Shown: positions 24,551 to 40,400, counted from the stretch's first letter. The stretch is 64,000 bases of DNA from Trichinella spiralis (GCF_000181795.1 NW_003526941.1:4560425-4624424); one strand, 5' to 3'. Notes: a model not told the origin generated them from the sequence alone. Program-made: numbers and translations.

Positions 24551-26619
24551 TTGTGATTCAATGGGTGTTGGCGTACGGTAGGCTGGGAGAGTGCATTGAT
24601 GTGGAATTGGAATATTGAATCTATTAATAAGATAATAAATACATTAAATGACGACCCTGCAAAATTGAAATTGTTTTAAAACCTATTTCATCAGTTTTTA
24701 TAGAATAAAATTAATCAAAATCTTTAAAAATGCAATGCAAGTTCAAAATTAACCGTAATTCATTTCAAATGCAAATCAAGTAAATTCATAATAAATGTTT
24801 TTTATTGAACAATAAGTAGAAATAACAAGAGATAATGCGGTAGAAAATTCTTGACATCAATTGTAAAAATACGAAAAGTATGCAAATTAAATACAGGCCC
24901 TCAAAATGTACAGTAATATTAAGTGTAATGTATGACAGCAATATCGCTATACATTAGGCTTTGAGAACAGAGTCATCGTAGGTGACAGACTTCAGATAGT
25001 AAGCATCTATGCCATCTATTTTGGAATACGTATTTGGCAGTTCAGAATCTACTATTCGCTATGAAGCGAAATCTGGGCAGAAACCGAGGATGGAAGGCAC
25101 GAGGGTTTTCGAGACAGAGAATCCTTATGCCCAAGTAATAGGGCAGTGGTTGGGCACAAATGAGGCGGAGCATGCGGTACGTAGGGGTAACCACCGCAAA
25201 CAAGAAGCTTTGAGAAACAAAATGCTAAAAACATTTACGAAAAAACAAAAGTAATCAAAAGAAATTGAGCAATCTACCCTTCCCTGTGTAAAGTAGCAAA
25301 AATCACGGTGTCAGGAAAAAAGTGGCAACCGCTAAACCCCTGGCCTTTTGGACATAGCTCCCTTAAAAATCGAGAGAAAATGCGAAAAAATTCCACCAGT
25401 GAATTGAGCATGCAAAACCAACATCATCCCCTTCACCTGAAAACTGGGCTAAAACACTAAGTCCCCACGCTTCTAAAGTGGGGCCCATGGCATGGCCGTC
25501 ATCAGTAAGAAAAAATGCAGCATTGGGCTGTTGTTACGTCTGTACGTGTTGTAATGACATATATTAATTGCGTCTTTGTAATGAAGAATCTTTGTCTCGA
25601 CATCAGAAATTGCAGGACAATAATTCAAACAAATTTAAATGAAAAACCAAAAATGTGCAAAAGAATGATACCAAAGATTGAAGTGATGTGAAAAATCAAA
25701 AGAAAATTGAAAGAAAATAAAGCATCTTGATTGATAAAATACAAAAGGGGACATAATATGGTAAGAAATATTGAATTCCATTGAAAAAGGATTGAGCAAC
25801 GTGCTCAACAAATATCACAAAAATGTAACAAAGAAAAGATAAAAGTAACATAAGTGACTGAAGATGAAAACCATTCCAATGTTTAGTCACCACAACTGAC
25901 CAGTGCTCACATCCATCTCGTCCATTGATGGTAGCCATTCCATTTGGCATATCTTCTCCGTGGGTTGCTTATTACGGTTTGTTACATGTTTACGAATTTG
26001 TATGCAATGTATCATGAGTCGCTATGTTTAAAATTAATGTAAGAATAAAAAAGCAAAAGAATAACAAATAGTAATCTTTGAAAAGAAAATCAAAATATAA
26101 AAGAACATATAATAAGAGTTTTTAACAAAAGAAAGAATCATTTTTAAAATGGTAGAATAAAAATAATTCAATTAATAAAAACAATATAAAGAAGATGCAT
26201 ATCTTGAAATTAAGCTAAGCGTTAAATGGAAATAATTAGAAGTTAACAAATGAAAAAAATCTATAAATATTGCGACTTATGAAAATAATTGCATACTAAG
26301 ATTTTGGGCGGCAAAGCCTGAACACTGCATTAAATCAAAACTCAACCATGTAAGGTTTGTCATTAACTTAATTGTAGAAACTGACAAGTGAATTCTAAAA
26401 CCTACATAAACCGTATTATTTAATTCTGTTTGTTAATTTACAATCTTAATATATACTTTCATCATTGCCTTTTAATAAATTATAAAATAAGTGAAAAAAA
26501 ATGCAACTTACCCAAATTTATGTTTTCACCTCGTTCAGGCTTGCCTTCTCTTTGTCCAGTCGAAAATTATGATGAGCAATTTTCAAAAAATGGAAATAAA
26601 ATAAACATACGAAACAAAT

Positions 26620-27290
26620 CAGTTTCTTCAACAGCAATAGCAGGCTATCGAGTAGCACATAAAGTGCAAATAACCGATCGGAATATCACACAATTACGAC
26701 CGCTTTCAGAATGCTGTATAAAAGAACCACAGTAGAATCGAATAGCTAACGTGGACGCAGTAACCGATATAGCGGTGTATGAAAAAAGTGAACTGCTGTA
26801 TTATGGAAAATCACTGACGGCGGAGTAATAGTCGCCGTGCACGATAAAACTGAAATGCTGCGCCCCAGATAATAAGCCGTTGCGCAGTAATGTGCGTTGT
26901 ACATTATGCAAATTTTTTGCGAGATAGCAAATACCTCAGCGCGGAGTAATTAATGGACGCGGTGCACGATAGAAATGAATTGCTGCGTCAAAAAAAGTAA
27001 ACCGGGGTTGAGTAATCGCTGGTGTGAATTATGGGAAATTGTTGCGCCATAGAGAACAACCCGCAATGGGCGCAGGCATTATGGAAAACTGATGCGCTGT
27101 AGAAAATATCCCATTGCGGAGTAATCGACACCGTGCAGAACAAAATTGAAATGCTGCGTTATAGAAAATAACTTCTGCTTCTGTGTAATGGACGTGAGCC
27201 ATTGTGCAAGTGGATGTGCTACAAGGATTGAGCCGTTGTGCAGTGGAAAATGTCGTCTTTCATAACAGAAGTTGAAACAGCTGCGCTGCG
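26620..27290. repeat. Old degenerate ~60-bp tandem repeat
   Basis: Units begin (gcgg/gc)AGTAAT at ~26760, 26825, 26886, 26945, 27011, 27120, 27184. gtgcacgat...gaaatgctgcg recurs in alternate units (~120-bp dimer). Confidence 0.75.
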
Positions 27291-30200
27291 ACTACGAACA
27301 ATAATAAGGAAAAATCTGAAAAAAGAAACTGTATCAAACAAACAAAGAACAACAAATAATGATGTTGAAATAGCAGTTACTGTAATTGCAATTGAACATT
27401 GAATTCCTCATGTTTTCAAAGTAACAATGAAAATTCAATACACTATTAATTGAATACATTACTAGATACTGAACAAAACGCTCAATAACTTGCACCTGAG
27501 AGTCATTGCCTACTGTCTAGTTATTTTACAGTAAGTAATTCGACTTAAGTGGAAAACGATGAATAAATAAATAATGTGACCTAAACTTGTTAGATATAGA
27601 TTATTATAGACTACAGATTATGTACATATAAACCAACAGAAATCAACTGTGGATAGATAATCGTTAACGATGAGGATAAGAGCCTCTGAAGGTTTTCTAA
27701 TATTGAAATGTTAGAGAATCGACATGTATTTATTTGTAAGAATAGATGGAAATGTAACATTGTTCTTGTTGTATCACTACTGTAAAAGGTTTGAAGTTGA
27801 ATTATTGTTTGAAAGTAGAGTCTTATTGTGAAACTGAAACACACAAGATTACACTAATAACAATCGTGCACAACCCCGTTTATTGATCAGCTGCAACATC
27901 ATATAGTATTGTTTTTATGATGGATGAATTTAAATATATCTTTTGAATTCTACCATTTCTGAAAATATTTCTACAATCGAATTTAACACTGTCAAATTAC
28001 CATCAAAACTACTGGGCTGCAAATGACAGAGAGTAGAGTACGTAGACGAACATCATTGAATAATTTCATATGTCCATAATTGTGCAAAGTGCCCGAATGC
28101 GTACCCCTATACATTGTATGACAACAATTCGTAAACTGTTCTGTTTATATTTTGCATAATAATTGTCATTTACGTCGAACCGTTCGAGAATGTATTTCTT
28201 GCGTACAAATTGTGTTGTCACACGTGTTGCATCGATGCAACAACTAATAACTCTGGCAACGAAGATCAAACAAGAACAGAAATCAATAACCCATATATAC
28301 CAATATATGCATAAACATGCATGTAGTATATATATATTGCATGCATGAAAATTGCATCATTGGATAAATAATAAGTGAACTTAACGAACTGCTGGTTTTT
28401 TGATCAAGAGAACGCAAAGTAATAAATAAGAAAAATTAGAATGTTGTTAAGTGTAAATAAGAAAGGAATTTTGATGAAAGCAAAAGTCACTTTTAGCAAA
28501 TAGCAAGCAGACGCTGTTGTTCCACTTTCTCGTCCTTATTTTATTTAAATGAAAACAAAAATATCAATTTCATTCACCCATTTCTTCTTCACCACGCCAA
28601 CCAGTAAGTAAAACGGTGTAAACAATTCAACTAAACAATCCGGTTGTTATGCTTCTTTTTTCATTTGCTTGCTTTATTGATTAGCATTCTCCAACTAACA
28701 ATACTAATAAATAATAATTAGTAAAGAATTTCTTTGTTGTGGTTGTTGCATCAAGTGATAAAAGTTTAGCCAATAGAACAAGTTAATTTTATACGATAAA
28801 GTAATAAATAATAACTTGTGAGTGTACTAGAAAAGATATGTTATTATGAATGAATGAATGGGATATAAGGAATTCGTGTGTGTGTGTGTGTGTATGTGTG
28901 TGTGCGCGCGCAAGTGACCGTGTGAAAGAGAGACAGACAACATGTGTCAATAAGAGATGAAATAAAATGAATGCGGTTTGTTTTCGGCCGAGAAATTCTC
29001 AAATGCCAAAGTGAATGAATGAATGAATTGACCAGCGGTCATTGAAGCGTCCAATCAACCATGAATGAAGAGGAAAAACTGCACAGAGTTGGTAAATGGT
29101 TGTTTACGCATCGACCGCTACTCAAAGTCGGCCGTTAATGATAAGAATAATGATGATCACAACAAATAGTGCAGTTGGAGAGAGAGAGAGGCACAGCTGA
29201 GTGATAGAGTATATACTAATTAAGTATATATATACATATGCGTGTGCGTGTTTAAAGCAGACATCGATCGGCCGCATCAGATTTTAGCTGCGCTTTGTCC
29301 AAGACCAACCAGCCAGCCAGCCAGTCAGTCAGTCAGTCGGCTAGTTAGCAAAACAAAACAGCTTGGCGCAGCTGATCACCCCATCCAGCCACACATTTCA
29401 TCCGCTTTGAATTCATCTTGGACCATGCTGTTCAACCGGTCAACGATCGTGTGCTTTTCCCAATATTTATTTATTCAATACGCTCCATGCATCCATGTTG
29501 AATATGCGCAAACGTTTTTAACCAATGCATGCTGTCGAATTTTCAACAATTCATTCAAGAAGTGCAAAAGCAATGAGTGTGCAAAGCGAATTGGTCAACT
29601 GGCTGGCTGGCAGGCTGTCTGTGATTGAACGAATAAAATAGCTAGTCAGCTAGCCGGCTAGCTCTAGAGCTAGATAGACAGACTACTTTCCCATTTTTTT
29701 TCTGCCCACTGAAATGACCATGTACATGCATATGTAAAATCAGAGACGACGACGTAAACAACACCATACAATACAAAAGAATAGTCGAATGTACAGTGTG
29801 CACGGTCTGGTGAACCTTTTTGTGCCAGCGTTGACCCAGCTTGACGCGTAGGTTTCTGGGCCAACGACGATCAATCAACACGGTGGACAAAAGAAAAAGC
29901 AACATAAAAACGAAAGAATTGACCTGACATTGGCATGGTGCCAAGCAAAACGAGAAAATCAAAAAAAAACAAATGAAACAAAAACCACCACAAGCATCGC
30001 TATAATAATAGAATTAGTTGTGCGTATAACTGCTTTTTTTTCTTTCATCAACTAAACTAGCCGGTGGTGGTGAAAAAGAAAAAAACAAAACTCCACTTCC
30101 GGTCAGAGTCACGCCCGCGCACTGGTTGATTCATTACGATTATTTTCGACCATCGTTTAAAAGATGAAGAAAAATGACCCAGCCTGGTCGTTGATGTTCC

Positions 30201-32028
30201 ACAATGCCGATGACGTCATGATGAGACGATGAAAAGCACGTCCGGTATTATTATTATTATTATTATCATTATTGGTATTTGATGTGCGCCTACTGCCTTC
30301 ACTCGTCGATTGTTGTCGTCACCAAGCGTGGACGACCACATTCCAATGACGCACAAAGAGCAAGCAAGCCCGGCTAGGCCGGTTGGTCCACCGTGTGTGT
30401 GTGTATGTGTGTGCTTATTTTATTTGCACAACTAAGCGCACACATTGGCGACAACTGTAAAACAAAAAAAATCTGCTTCCGCCAACACAACATCCGTCGT
30501 TGTCGTCAATCAATCCCAACGGAATCTATCCCACCCACACAACGACAATTAATTTGCCAAATAATGATCATGCAAACTTGAAACATGCGTCATCCGACAA
30601 CAGGCCGGGCTGCGATAGTGCAAATTAACATGATAAAACAAAACATTACTGCAGCAAATGTCAAACAGAGACATGCACACATACATACATACATACATAC
30701 ATACCTTACATACACACGTATGACTACTACTACTACTACTACTACTGATTACCTATTACTACAGACAATGATGTCGGTGAGATATGATCGGAACGCACAT
30801 TTTCAAACAAGGCCGTGTAGCGAGCTGCTGTGTCAGATCGCGCATGCCGGACGTGCCAAACTGACGTACAGTTGAACGAACGATCGAACGACAAACAATA
30901 AATAATACAATACAGTATACGACAATACGGTGGTGGTATGTGACAATTTTTTCAACCAACTTCCTCACGCACACACAGAAGCATTCATTCCACCACGACC
31001 GTTTGTTTGATGGATGAGGAGGATGCTTTGCAAAAAAAAAAGGTTTTGCTTGTTTGTTTATACCATTTTCTCTTCTGCTGCTGTGAGCATTGCAATTTTT
31101 AAAAACTAAAATGCATAAATAAATTAATAAAGAAAGAAAGAAATATGTATTTTTTCATTTTACAAAATACAATTTGCTTCGGCAGTTTCAGGCAACAACA
31201 ACACAACAGAAAAAAAATAACAAAAAAAGCAATACCTAAAGAACAAAAAAAGGCTAAAAAACAGCGTTTCCATTTTGTCAACTAAAATAATAACTAAGCA
31301 CAAAATGATTGACGAGTGGATCAACAATGAACAATTATTATGACATTGAAGAAGAAGAAGAACACAGTCCAAATGTTGAAAGGGCATAATAAAAATTATG
31401 CACACAACTGTGCACCAAAATGCTTCTCTCACTTGTCGGTCAGTGTAGAATGGAAACAAATACAAGAGTAACATCAAAGCATTCGTCGTCGACCTTCTCC
31501 GCTAGTGTCAACAGCCCAATGTATTGTAAAAAAAACAAAAAAAATGCATCATTCCAATAGGATAAATTCACACATCTTTTATATATATGCATTCATTATA
31601 AGTATATCATGACAAGAAAAACAATCTTACAATAATTCATATATTACACCTAAATAAATATAGATAGCAGCGGCAACTTATGATCATTGTTTTCCATATT
31701 ATTATTCAAAAAAAAGGACGAGAATGATCCTTCCTCTTCTTCTTCTTCGTCTTGGTTGCTTTTGGTAAATGATGAAAAAATTTTCATGTTTCACAACAGC
31801 GTGCTAATGGTGCGTTTAAAAGATGACGACGAACAAAAACAATAATTATCATTTGGTCATCATTTTTGCAGTAAATTATAGTAGTAGCAGTAATAGTAGT
31901 AGTAGTAGTAGTAAAAGAGATTAACACAGCTGCAACTGCAACAGTGGGAAAATAGATATAAAAAAAGCAACCAAATATACAAGTGTGTGTTTTAGTTGTG
32001 AAACTGATGAGCAAGCAGCTAAAAATGA

Positions 32029-34091
32029 TCACAAGCTACCGCAGAGACTTTCGGATCGATCACCGTAACTTTCGCACGATGACGAACCGTATGCACTAGT
32101 GCTACACGGACTGGACGGATTATTGTCGTTGTTGCTGTGAATGTTGGTATTGGTATTGGTGTTATCGCTGCTATTGCTGCTGCTGTTGTTGTTCGTGGTC
32201 ACAAAGCCGCCATTCAATTTCAGCGTCGGCTTTGAAGGCAGGAGAGGGGGCGGGGGCAAAGGGAGCGACAGCAACAACGCTCTAGTGGTCGGCATCGTCG
32301 CCGTCGTTGTGGGGGATCTGGAAGAGGAGGAACTGTTCGACGACAATGAGCCAGAACACGACTGACTTATTGAAGGCCCGGTTCCTGATGAGCAACTACG
32401 GTTTCGTGATGAGACGGCATCCACGGCAGCCGGATGGCGCGTGTGAAGCGCCGTTTTGGACGAATCTCCGCTGAGAGAACAAGATGAAGCCATGACCGCC
32501 GCCGGTAGTGGATCCGTTTCATCACATGAGCATGATTGTTGGGTCCGCGAGCCGGCCGAACAAGCCAAATCCTTCGGCACAGACACGGATACCGGCTTCA
32601 CACGACGAAACCAATGCGCCGCGTACGCTGCCGACGTTGATTCGGCCTCTTTCAGCCAGGCGTGCTTCAAAATCGCTTCTAGCGTAGGCCGCTTTTCTGA
32701 ATCAAACGAAAGGCATTTCTGAATCAAATCGCGGCAACCTAAATGGCAAACATAAAAAAATAATATCCCCAAAAAAACCGACATATTGGAAATGATATTT
32801 CAATTCCGACAGACGTACTTTTCGATACTGAATGCCGCCACGTCAACTTTCCCCTCACAATATCCTCGTCAGAGTGGTAAGGTATGTCGCCACAAACCAT
32901 ATCAAATAATAAAATACCCAACGACCAAACTGTCGCAGGGGTGCCGTGATATCGATTGTGAATTATCCATTCAGGAGGGCTGTAAACACGCGTACCTATA
33001 ATTCGAAAAACAAAAGCTACATTCATCAATAATTTGTACAAATTAACCCAACGAAATTGTATAAAACTAAATATTTAACAAAAATATATTCCGACAGAAA
33101 AGATGACAAATTTTTGAAGCACAGACAGAAACCGTGCGCATGCAGAGAGAAAGAAACAACAGAAAAATGAACGGCTTCGCGTGCATATCAACAATGCAAA
33201 AGCAAATAAATCAATGTGTGCAAATCAAGGAAAATATATATATATATATATGTATGTATATCGAGTGTGAAGTTGTGTGATAGTTGTGTCCATTTGTATC
33301 AGAGCTGGTTGAAATATGTATTAAATATGCATATTCTCAATTCTATTATAATTTGTGCCCTTTCTTACCTTCAAAATCTGTAAAAACGGAATCTTTGATA
33401 AAAGCACCGGAGCCGAAATCGATCAACCTCAAAAAGCCCGTACGTAAATCGACCAGCAAATTTTCATCCTTGATGTCCCGATGAATGATGCCCGAATGGG
33501 CGCAGTCGATCACCGTCTGAACAACTTGGCGGAAAAAGTGACGAGCCAAGTTCTCGTCCAAGTGGCCTTTGTCAGTGATGAAATCGAACAGATCGGCCGA
33601 AGGTGTGGGCCTTTCCATTATTATTAGAAACCCATCGGTACGTTCGTACCAGTCGAGCAGGCGGATGACGCCGTCGACGTGACGAATACGATGAAGCAGG
33701 CACACCTCCAGTGGAACTTTACGCCCGTTCAACATGCCCCACGACACTATGCATTTGCGGTTCACGTATTTAATGGCCACTGGCAAACCGTCGTGCATTC
33801 GAAAGCCTGAATAGACGGTTCCAAATCCACCACGTCCAAGTTCACCACCGATTTTATAAACTTTTCGAACAGCATCTGAGACTAGAATTGACAAGAAGAA
33901 AATTTACAAAACATAATAAATATATAATCTCATAATAATTTAATTTGTATCTATCTATCTATCTCTTTTTCTCATAAATAAATTAATAAATTAATCAATT
34001 TATCCAAATACATACTAGGACAACAAAATCGAGTAAGGGCAGAGAACGAGTTAGGTTGGAGGGTGCTTTGGTCGTCCTCACCGAAGCCCAT
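32029..34091 (-). CDS. PIM: PIM-family serine/threonine protein kinase (C. elegans prk-2-like), 491 aa, with Ser/Asn/Pro-rich C-terminal tail
   Basis: Exons 34091-34016, 33881-33369, 32995-32819, 32738-32029: all GT-AG, phase 1, total 1476 nt in frame. Motifs [16 protein letters not shown]-specific hinge [32 protein letters not shown]. First exon (MGFGEDDQ...RFCCP) is inferred from phase and an upstream in-frame TGA. Confidence 0.93.
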
Positions 34092-34429
34092 CGTCGGTCA
34101 ACGAAACGGAAGCTATCAAATGGCAGCCAGCTTGGCTCGGTAAAACCGGTCAAGAAGCTGCCGCCTGCTTCTCTGCCAGACAATGCGTGGGAGAGTGATT
34201 GTTAGCCAGCTTAAAACAGGCCGGCTGCAGAAAATAAAGTTTAATTTCAAATAAAATAAAATTAAGTAAAAAAAACGCGACAATAATTTCCACCACTGGA
34301 CACACAGATCACACGCGCATACGTACGTACATTACGCACTTACTTACGTAGTACGCACGCATACACTAGGCGGCGGAGGCGGCAGCGTCGGCGGCGGCGA
34401 TAAACACATAAAGCTAGCCAGTACTATTA

Positions 34430-34491
34430 GTAGTAGTTAGTAGTAGTAGTAGTAGTAGTGATAGAAGCAGCAACAGCGGCGGCGGCAGCAA

Positions 34492-34529
<38 letters not shown>

Positions 34530-34550
34530 ATAGTAAAATTAGTAGTCATT
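34430..34550. repeat. (TAG)n microsatellite tracts upstream of PIM, representative of many simple repeats in 28.8-42 kb
   Basis: Seen directly. Other examples: (TG)n 28877, (TAA)n 35705, (AAG)n 37998, (TA)n 53314, (CACTR)n 62114-62165. Confidence 0.9.
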
Positions 34551-35361
34551 GAATGGCTGACTGGCTGGCTGAGTGCGTGGCAATTACCGTTACCGCCGCC
34601 TGTCGGTCGCAATTCGTCACGCTCAGCGTAAACGACTCGCTCCGACTCGACGGTGGCGCTGACGGCGCCAACGAGCGAGCGCGCGACTCAACCGCCCCCG
34701 CAGTTGGCAACGAGCCAAAAGGCCGATCAAACGCGCCAGATGATGTCGAGAGCGCACGAACGCCGACTGAATGAACAAATGAATGAATTGGAAAGGGGCA
34801 CTGTGACACAACACGATGGAACCAGATACGACGGCTCGAGCCGGGTGCGAAAAAAAAAACGATTTCTGCACTGACACACAAAAATCAAAATCAAACGGAA
34901 AGAAGAAAACTATTCCTGTGAACAAACAAAAAGAAACAAACAAAATAAAACAATAATTTCAAAAATAAATACAAATATGAATACAAATTAAACAAAAAAA
35001 AAACGCGCACGCGCGCAGTGAGTAATAGTAGTGAAGCGGTCTAAATTGGAGGAGGCGAAACGCGCATTTATTGGAAAATGAAAAACTAGGCCACGCGACT
35101 CGTCGCGTTATTTTCTATCAAAAGCGCAAATAATACACAGACAGACACACTCACGCGCGCGCACACGCATATATACATATATCTATACATATATATGCAT
35201 GTACGTACGTATGTATGTATAAATATATGTATAAATCGATGATCGGACGACCTTCCCGCCAAACCAACGCTCCAATGGCTAGGACAGCCAGATTGGCACT
35301 CGGCCAGACGGCGGCGCTAATTTGAATTGGCTGGTCACGGCGCCGCCTGCCGCGGGTCGGG

Positions 35362-35399
<38 letters not shown>

Positions 35400-37411
35400 T
35401 TGACAAGTCTGTTGCCATTCTTCTCCACTTGGCCTCTAATAACGCCTCCATTGAAGAAATATTCAAAATTTCCCGCCAACCAAGAAAAAAAAACAACTAA
35501 CCAAACAACCAATCAAAAAGCACTGCTGAGCTGATTGATAATTTTATGCAAAAAGTTGATCGTTCTTTTTCCAATAAATCCACAAATATCTCCTCCCATT
35601 GTTTAACATTTTATTCAATACACACACACACACACACAACAGCTGATTTGAAAGTATAAATTTTAAACAATCCAAACTTGTCGCAAAGAGCAAATAGTAA
35701 TGAGAATAATAATAATAATAATAATAATAATAGTACACTTTACACATCTGTCATTGGTCCGTCTTTCACTACTGGAAGCACATTCTTCTCATTCAACTTC
35801 AAATCAACTACTACTCTGCTGCTGATCACTTTTTCTCTGTCTTCACGCTCATGCTCTCTCCCAACCCCCCTCAACCCGGCCTCAAAACACTACAGCATAT
35901 ATTATTTACACATATTCTGTTGTTATTATTATTATTATTGTCTTTCACCCGTGGTCATAATCATATTTTTATTGTCATATAAATTATCATCTGTCAATTG
36001 ATAATAATCAATCTTAAACATGAAGAAGAAAAATAATTAAAAAATATAATTCAAATAATTTTTGTTTAATCATTCACAATTCAATAAACTGAAAAATACT
36101 TTAAAACAGCATATATTATTATTATTATTTCGGATTCTTTTCCATTTTTTTTGTTTTTTAACAAAGTTATTTTCTGAATGCAAACTATGAAAAATGAAAG
36201 ATGTTTTGTTTTTTCATTCAACAAGTTAACCAATTGACCACTACCACCACCACCACCACAACTAGGATCACCACCAAGTGACACATCCGGTTAAATTTCT
36301 CGAGCGTATATAAACGCGGGACAAAACAGCACAAGCATGCACTCGTCCATGCACATATGCATATGCATATGCTTGCACGCATGCAACCAAGCAAAGCAAG
36401 CAGGCATGCACGCACGCGTGTCGTGTGTACTTATGCGGCTGCTTGGCAATTGTCAGCATAAAAGACAAAGCCAAGCAGCAGCAGTAGACGCGTCGACTAT
36501 GAAAAGCAGCTTCATTAGAACAAAGCCGGTCGTTTTGGTGATCAGACACAGCGACACACAATACACAGCTTTTCCAAGCAATGTGAGCAAAAATAACAAT
36601 AATTATTCCACCAATACACGCACACACACACACACAAGCTTCAACTAGACATGTATGTACCAAGCAATGTAAAGTAGTGAATAGAATAATTTAAAAAATT
36701 AAAAAAAATTAAGCAAAAAAAGAATACACGTAGAAAAGAACACAAGAACGAACTCTACTTCTCCATCCGCTTATACGCGAGAAAAGAAAAAACAACAACA
36801 ACCCCAGACAAAGCAGACGGCAATATCGATCATATGATTATTATTGATCATCAAAAACTGCTTTGAGCATGATGATGGGGGATATTTGAATAAAAAATCA
36901 TTTAAACATAAAAGCAAAAAAAACAAAGAAAAAAGACATCCGTTGCAATTTGTCATCGTTATCCAACAGGGGGGTGGTGTATGTGTGATGAAATGCGCGC
37001 TTTGATTTGATAAATGATCTGCATCAAAAAATAGCCTCTCCTATGACATTACAAATCAAAATAACCGATTGAAAATTTGTCAAACTGCCAAATTAAAAAA
37101 AAGTGAACAATGAAACATACTTTCGACAATTTTAAAGTACAAAAAACAACAACTATAAATAAATAAGTAAAATATCCATCCATCCACTCATGAATGAATG
37201 AAAAGCGAGTGCGCACGCACGCACGTGTTTTTTCTCTGCTGTTTCATTCATTCATTTTTTTCTTGTTTTTCAATCAAAAAATAAACACAAATAAGCTTCG
37301 AAAAAATGAAAAAAATTTCCCCTTGTTTGCATTCTATTTCTAGCTTGGCTAGAAGCCAAATGGACGACGACGACAATAAAGAAAAGAGTTTGGTTTTCTT
37401 TTTCATCAATA

Positions 37412-37443
<32 letters not shown>

Positions 37444-40400
37444 AATAATAATAAGAAGAAGAAGAATAACAAGCGCTTTTTGCTTGCCTGCCGCTTGCTT
37501 GCTATTATATTCAGCTTTTCGAAAAATGGCAAAAGCGTTCAAACTTTGTGAAAGCGACATTTCACAACGGAAAACCCAGACAACGGCGAATCAATGACCA
37601 ACGTCGAGCAAAATTGCTTGTCGACTGAGATGTGCAGCAATGCTCAAAAGAAAGCATCGACCAATGAATAACAAAGATGCTAGACGAACAACAGCAGCAA
37701 CACCTCTTACCTACTACTGCTACTACTGCTGATGCATCCCATATGCTGCTACATACATACATACAGATAGGGACAAAAATGGATTGATTTGGGGATAAAA
37801 GATGACAACAAAATTGACCAATAAATAAAACAAATATCAGATCCGCTCGGCTAGTGCTGTAACAACAACAAGGCTTAATGAAAAAAAAATAAATTGCAAC
37901 TGCAATTGCAGTTGTTGCTTAAGACGTGTCACCAGCTGCAAGCTACGACATATTCCATCAAAAAAACAACAACAACAACACTGTTGCATTTTAAGATGAA
38001 GAAGAAGAAGAAGAAGAAGAAGAAGCAGACACACCACACACACACACAGACAGACACAACACTGCTGTTGCTTGCTTGTTCACTTCGCAGTTGTTGTCAG
38101 TGAAAAAAAAAACAACATTATTCGTCGCATTTTTTTAAAATGATATTATTAAAATAGAAAGTCAAATAGCTTACGCAGCAGTTTGGAAAATTTGTAATAA
38201 ATTTTGCACAATAGATGAAAAAGTGAACATCAGAAGCAAATTAATGAAGCAGAGCAAAAAAGTTTGTGCGCATTCGTCGTTAGCATGCATGTGCATCAAC
38301 ACACAGATTTTCAAACACATTGATGATGATGATGATGCCTGCTTGGCTTGGCAGTGTCATCATCGTCGTCAACCGTATGCATTTTTCCGTTCAAACAACT
38401 CAATTTCAAAATTTGCAATTCTATCCACTCTTATAAAACAAACCCATATACCACCACTCGCCACTGTGTGACAAGCACCGCCACCGCCGACGATCATCAT
38501 ACATTCCAACATTACAGCTGCTCGTTGTACATCAATTTTGTAAAAAGCATACAGATTAACAAAAAAAATGTAACTTTGTAACTTAAATTACCCACAAATG
38601 TAACTTAAATTATTCAAATATTTTAAGTTTTTTCTCGCATTGGAAAAGAAGTCAAAAATGTTTTTTAAATGAAGATAAAAATCACACTTTGAAAAAAAGA
38701 TTAAAGCAGTAATCAACTATTGTATGAGAAGAAGCATGCACAAAAAATAAATAAAAATAAAAAATTCATGCAGTTAGCTAGTTGCACAAAGTTTTACAAT
38801 GCTGAATTCCAAATATTTCAGCTGAAAGAGGTTGTTGGCCAAAGCAACCGGAAAAGAATAGAAGAGAGATAACTACTACTACACTACTAGTAGTAGCAGT
38901 ACAAGCGTGGAATGTAACGCCGGTGCAGCTGTCACACGTCACAAGAGATTTTCCCCTCTCTGCTAGACAAAGCATACATATTTACTAATTTTGCTAAATT
39001 GACTTTGTCTGCCCAAGCAAGGTATAACGACGACGACGTAACAGATTTTCCATCAATGATCTTGAAAACGTCACTCATAAGCTTGGGGGATAATCACAAC
39101 AGATGATGACGACAACAAGACAACAACAACAACAACAACAGAAAATGTAAAGTCTCATAATTTTGGAAAGTTGGAATACCACCAATTTGCACAATAATGA
39201 TGATGAATCATCATCATTCAAAGTGTTGCGATTTATACAAAAAACACCAGAGCAGATAGATAGATAGATAATTTGACATATTCCTATTCACAAACGATGC
39301 ATGCAGCACAGCATCCGTTTTCTTATTCATCTTAATTCGAATATCATAAATACCTGTACTTGTGCTCATCGAATGCAATTTCAATCACTTTGCAATCAAT
39401 TGTTGCTAATATTAAATGGATAAAATCCACCGCTTTGAAATTCACTTCACTTCACTTCACAAGTTCCCTTTTCCATCATTTGCAACAAATATCTTCTTTG
39501 CGCCTTGCTTTTTGCTTCTTCACCTTTTGAATTGAACTTTGAAAACAATTTGAAAATAGAAAAAAAGAACAATAAAAATAGAAAAAAAACTACATTCCAT
39601 TCATTCTATTTCATCATCGCCGTACCAATCACCGAAGCATTAAAAAACAACAACGATGACCAAGCACGTGCATTGAGCACACACGTTTGGTATTGAAATT
39701 CAACCGGCTAAGTGAAAAGCAAAAAGGAAATTAATAATCGGCAGATTAACACTCGAACCATAACTATTTTATTGTAAACTTCACTTCATCAATAAATAAT
39801 AGATGATGAATGTTGTAATCAGGAAAACCAAAGCATATATATTAGCTTGGAAAATAAATGAATCCCTCCTCCTCCTCCTCTAATGAAGAAGAACGATCAG
39901 CAGCTGAAGAAAGCGCCCTACCCTACACGTTTCGTTCCGTTCCCGTAACCTGCTAATGTTGAACAGAAAGGGGAAAACACATGCAGCACGTGCGTCGTCA
40001 GTCAGTCAGTCAGTCAGTCGGTCGGTCGGTCGATGATGGAATTTCACGAATGTTCTGTTACAATTATTATTACTGTGTCAAGCGCATCTTTTCACCATTA
40101 TACATGCCGTCACAAAATGCTTGAATTCGATTGAAAAACAACAACAAATTGATTTTTAAAGTCATATATATATATATATATACATGGGTGTGAAAGAGTC
40201 TGCCTGCATTCAGAGAATAAATAAATAGCAATGATTTTCTTCGTCTGGCTTAATTAGATAATTGAATTTCAAAACCAATGCCAGTGAAAGGCAAAAATGG
40301 AAAAGAAATAAATAAACGAACACATACACATATTATTTTTAATAAAAGAAAAAAAAGAGACAGACAGAGAGAGAGGAGAGAATACATCTGAAAAATGCTT

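Noticed and set aside
25463..25483. Hairpin CCCCAC-N9-GTGGGG as a Helitron 3' end
   Set aside because: No correctly spaced CTRR terminus and no Rep/Hel homology nearby.
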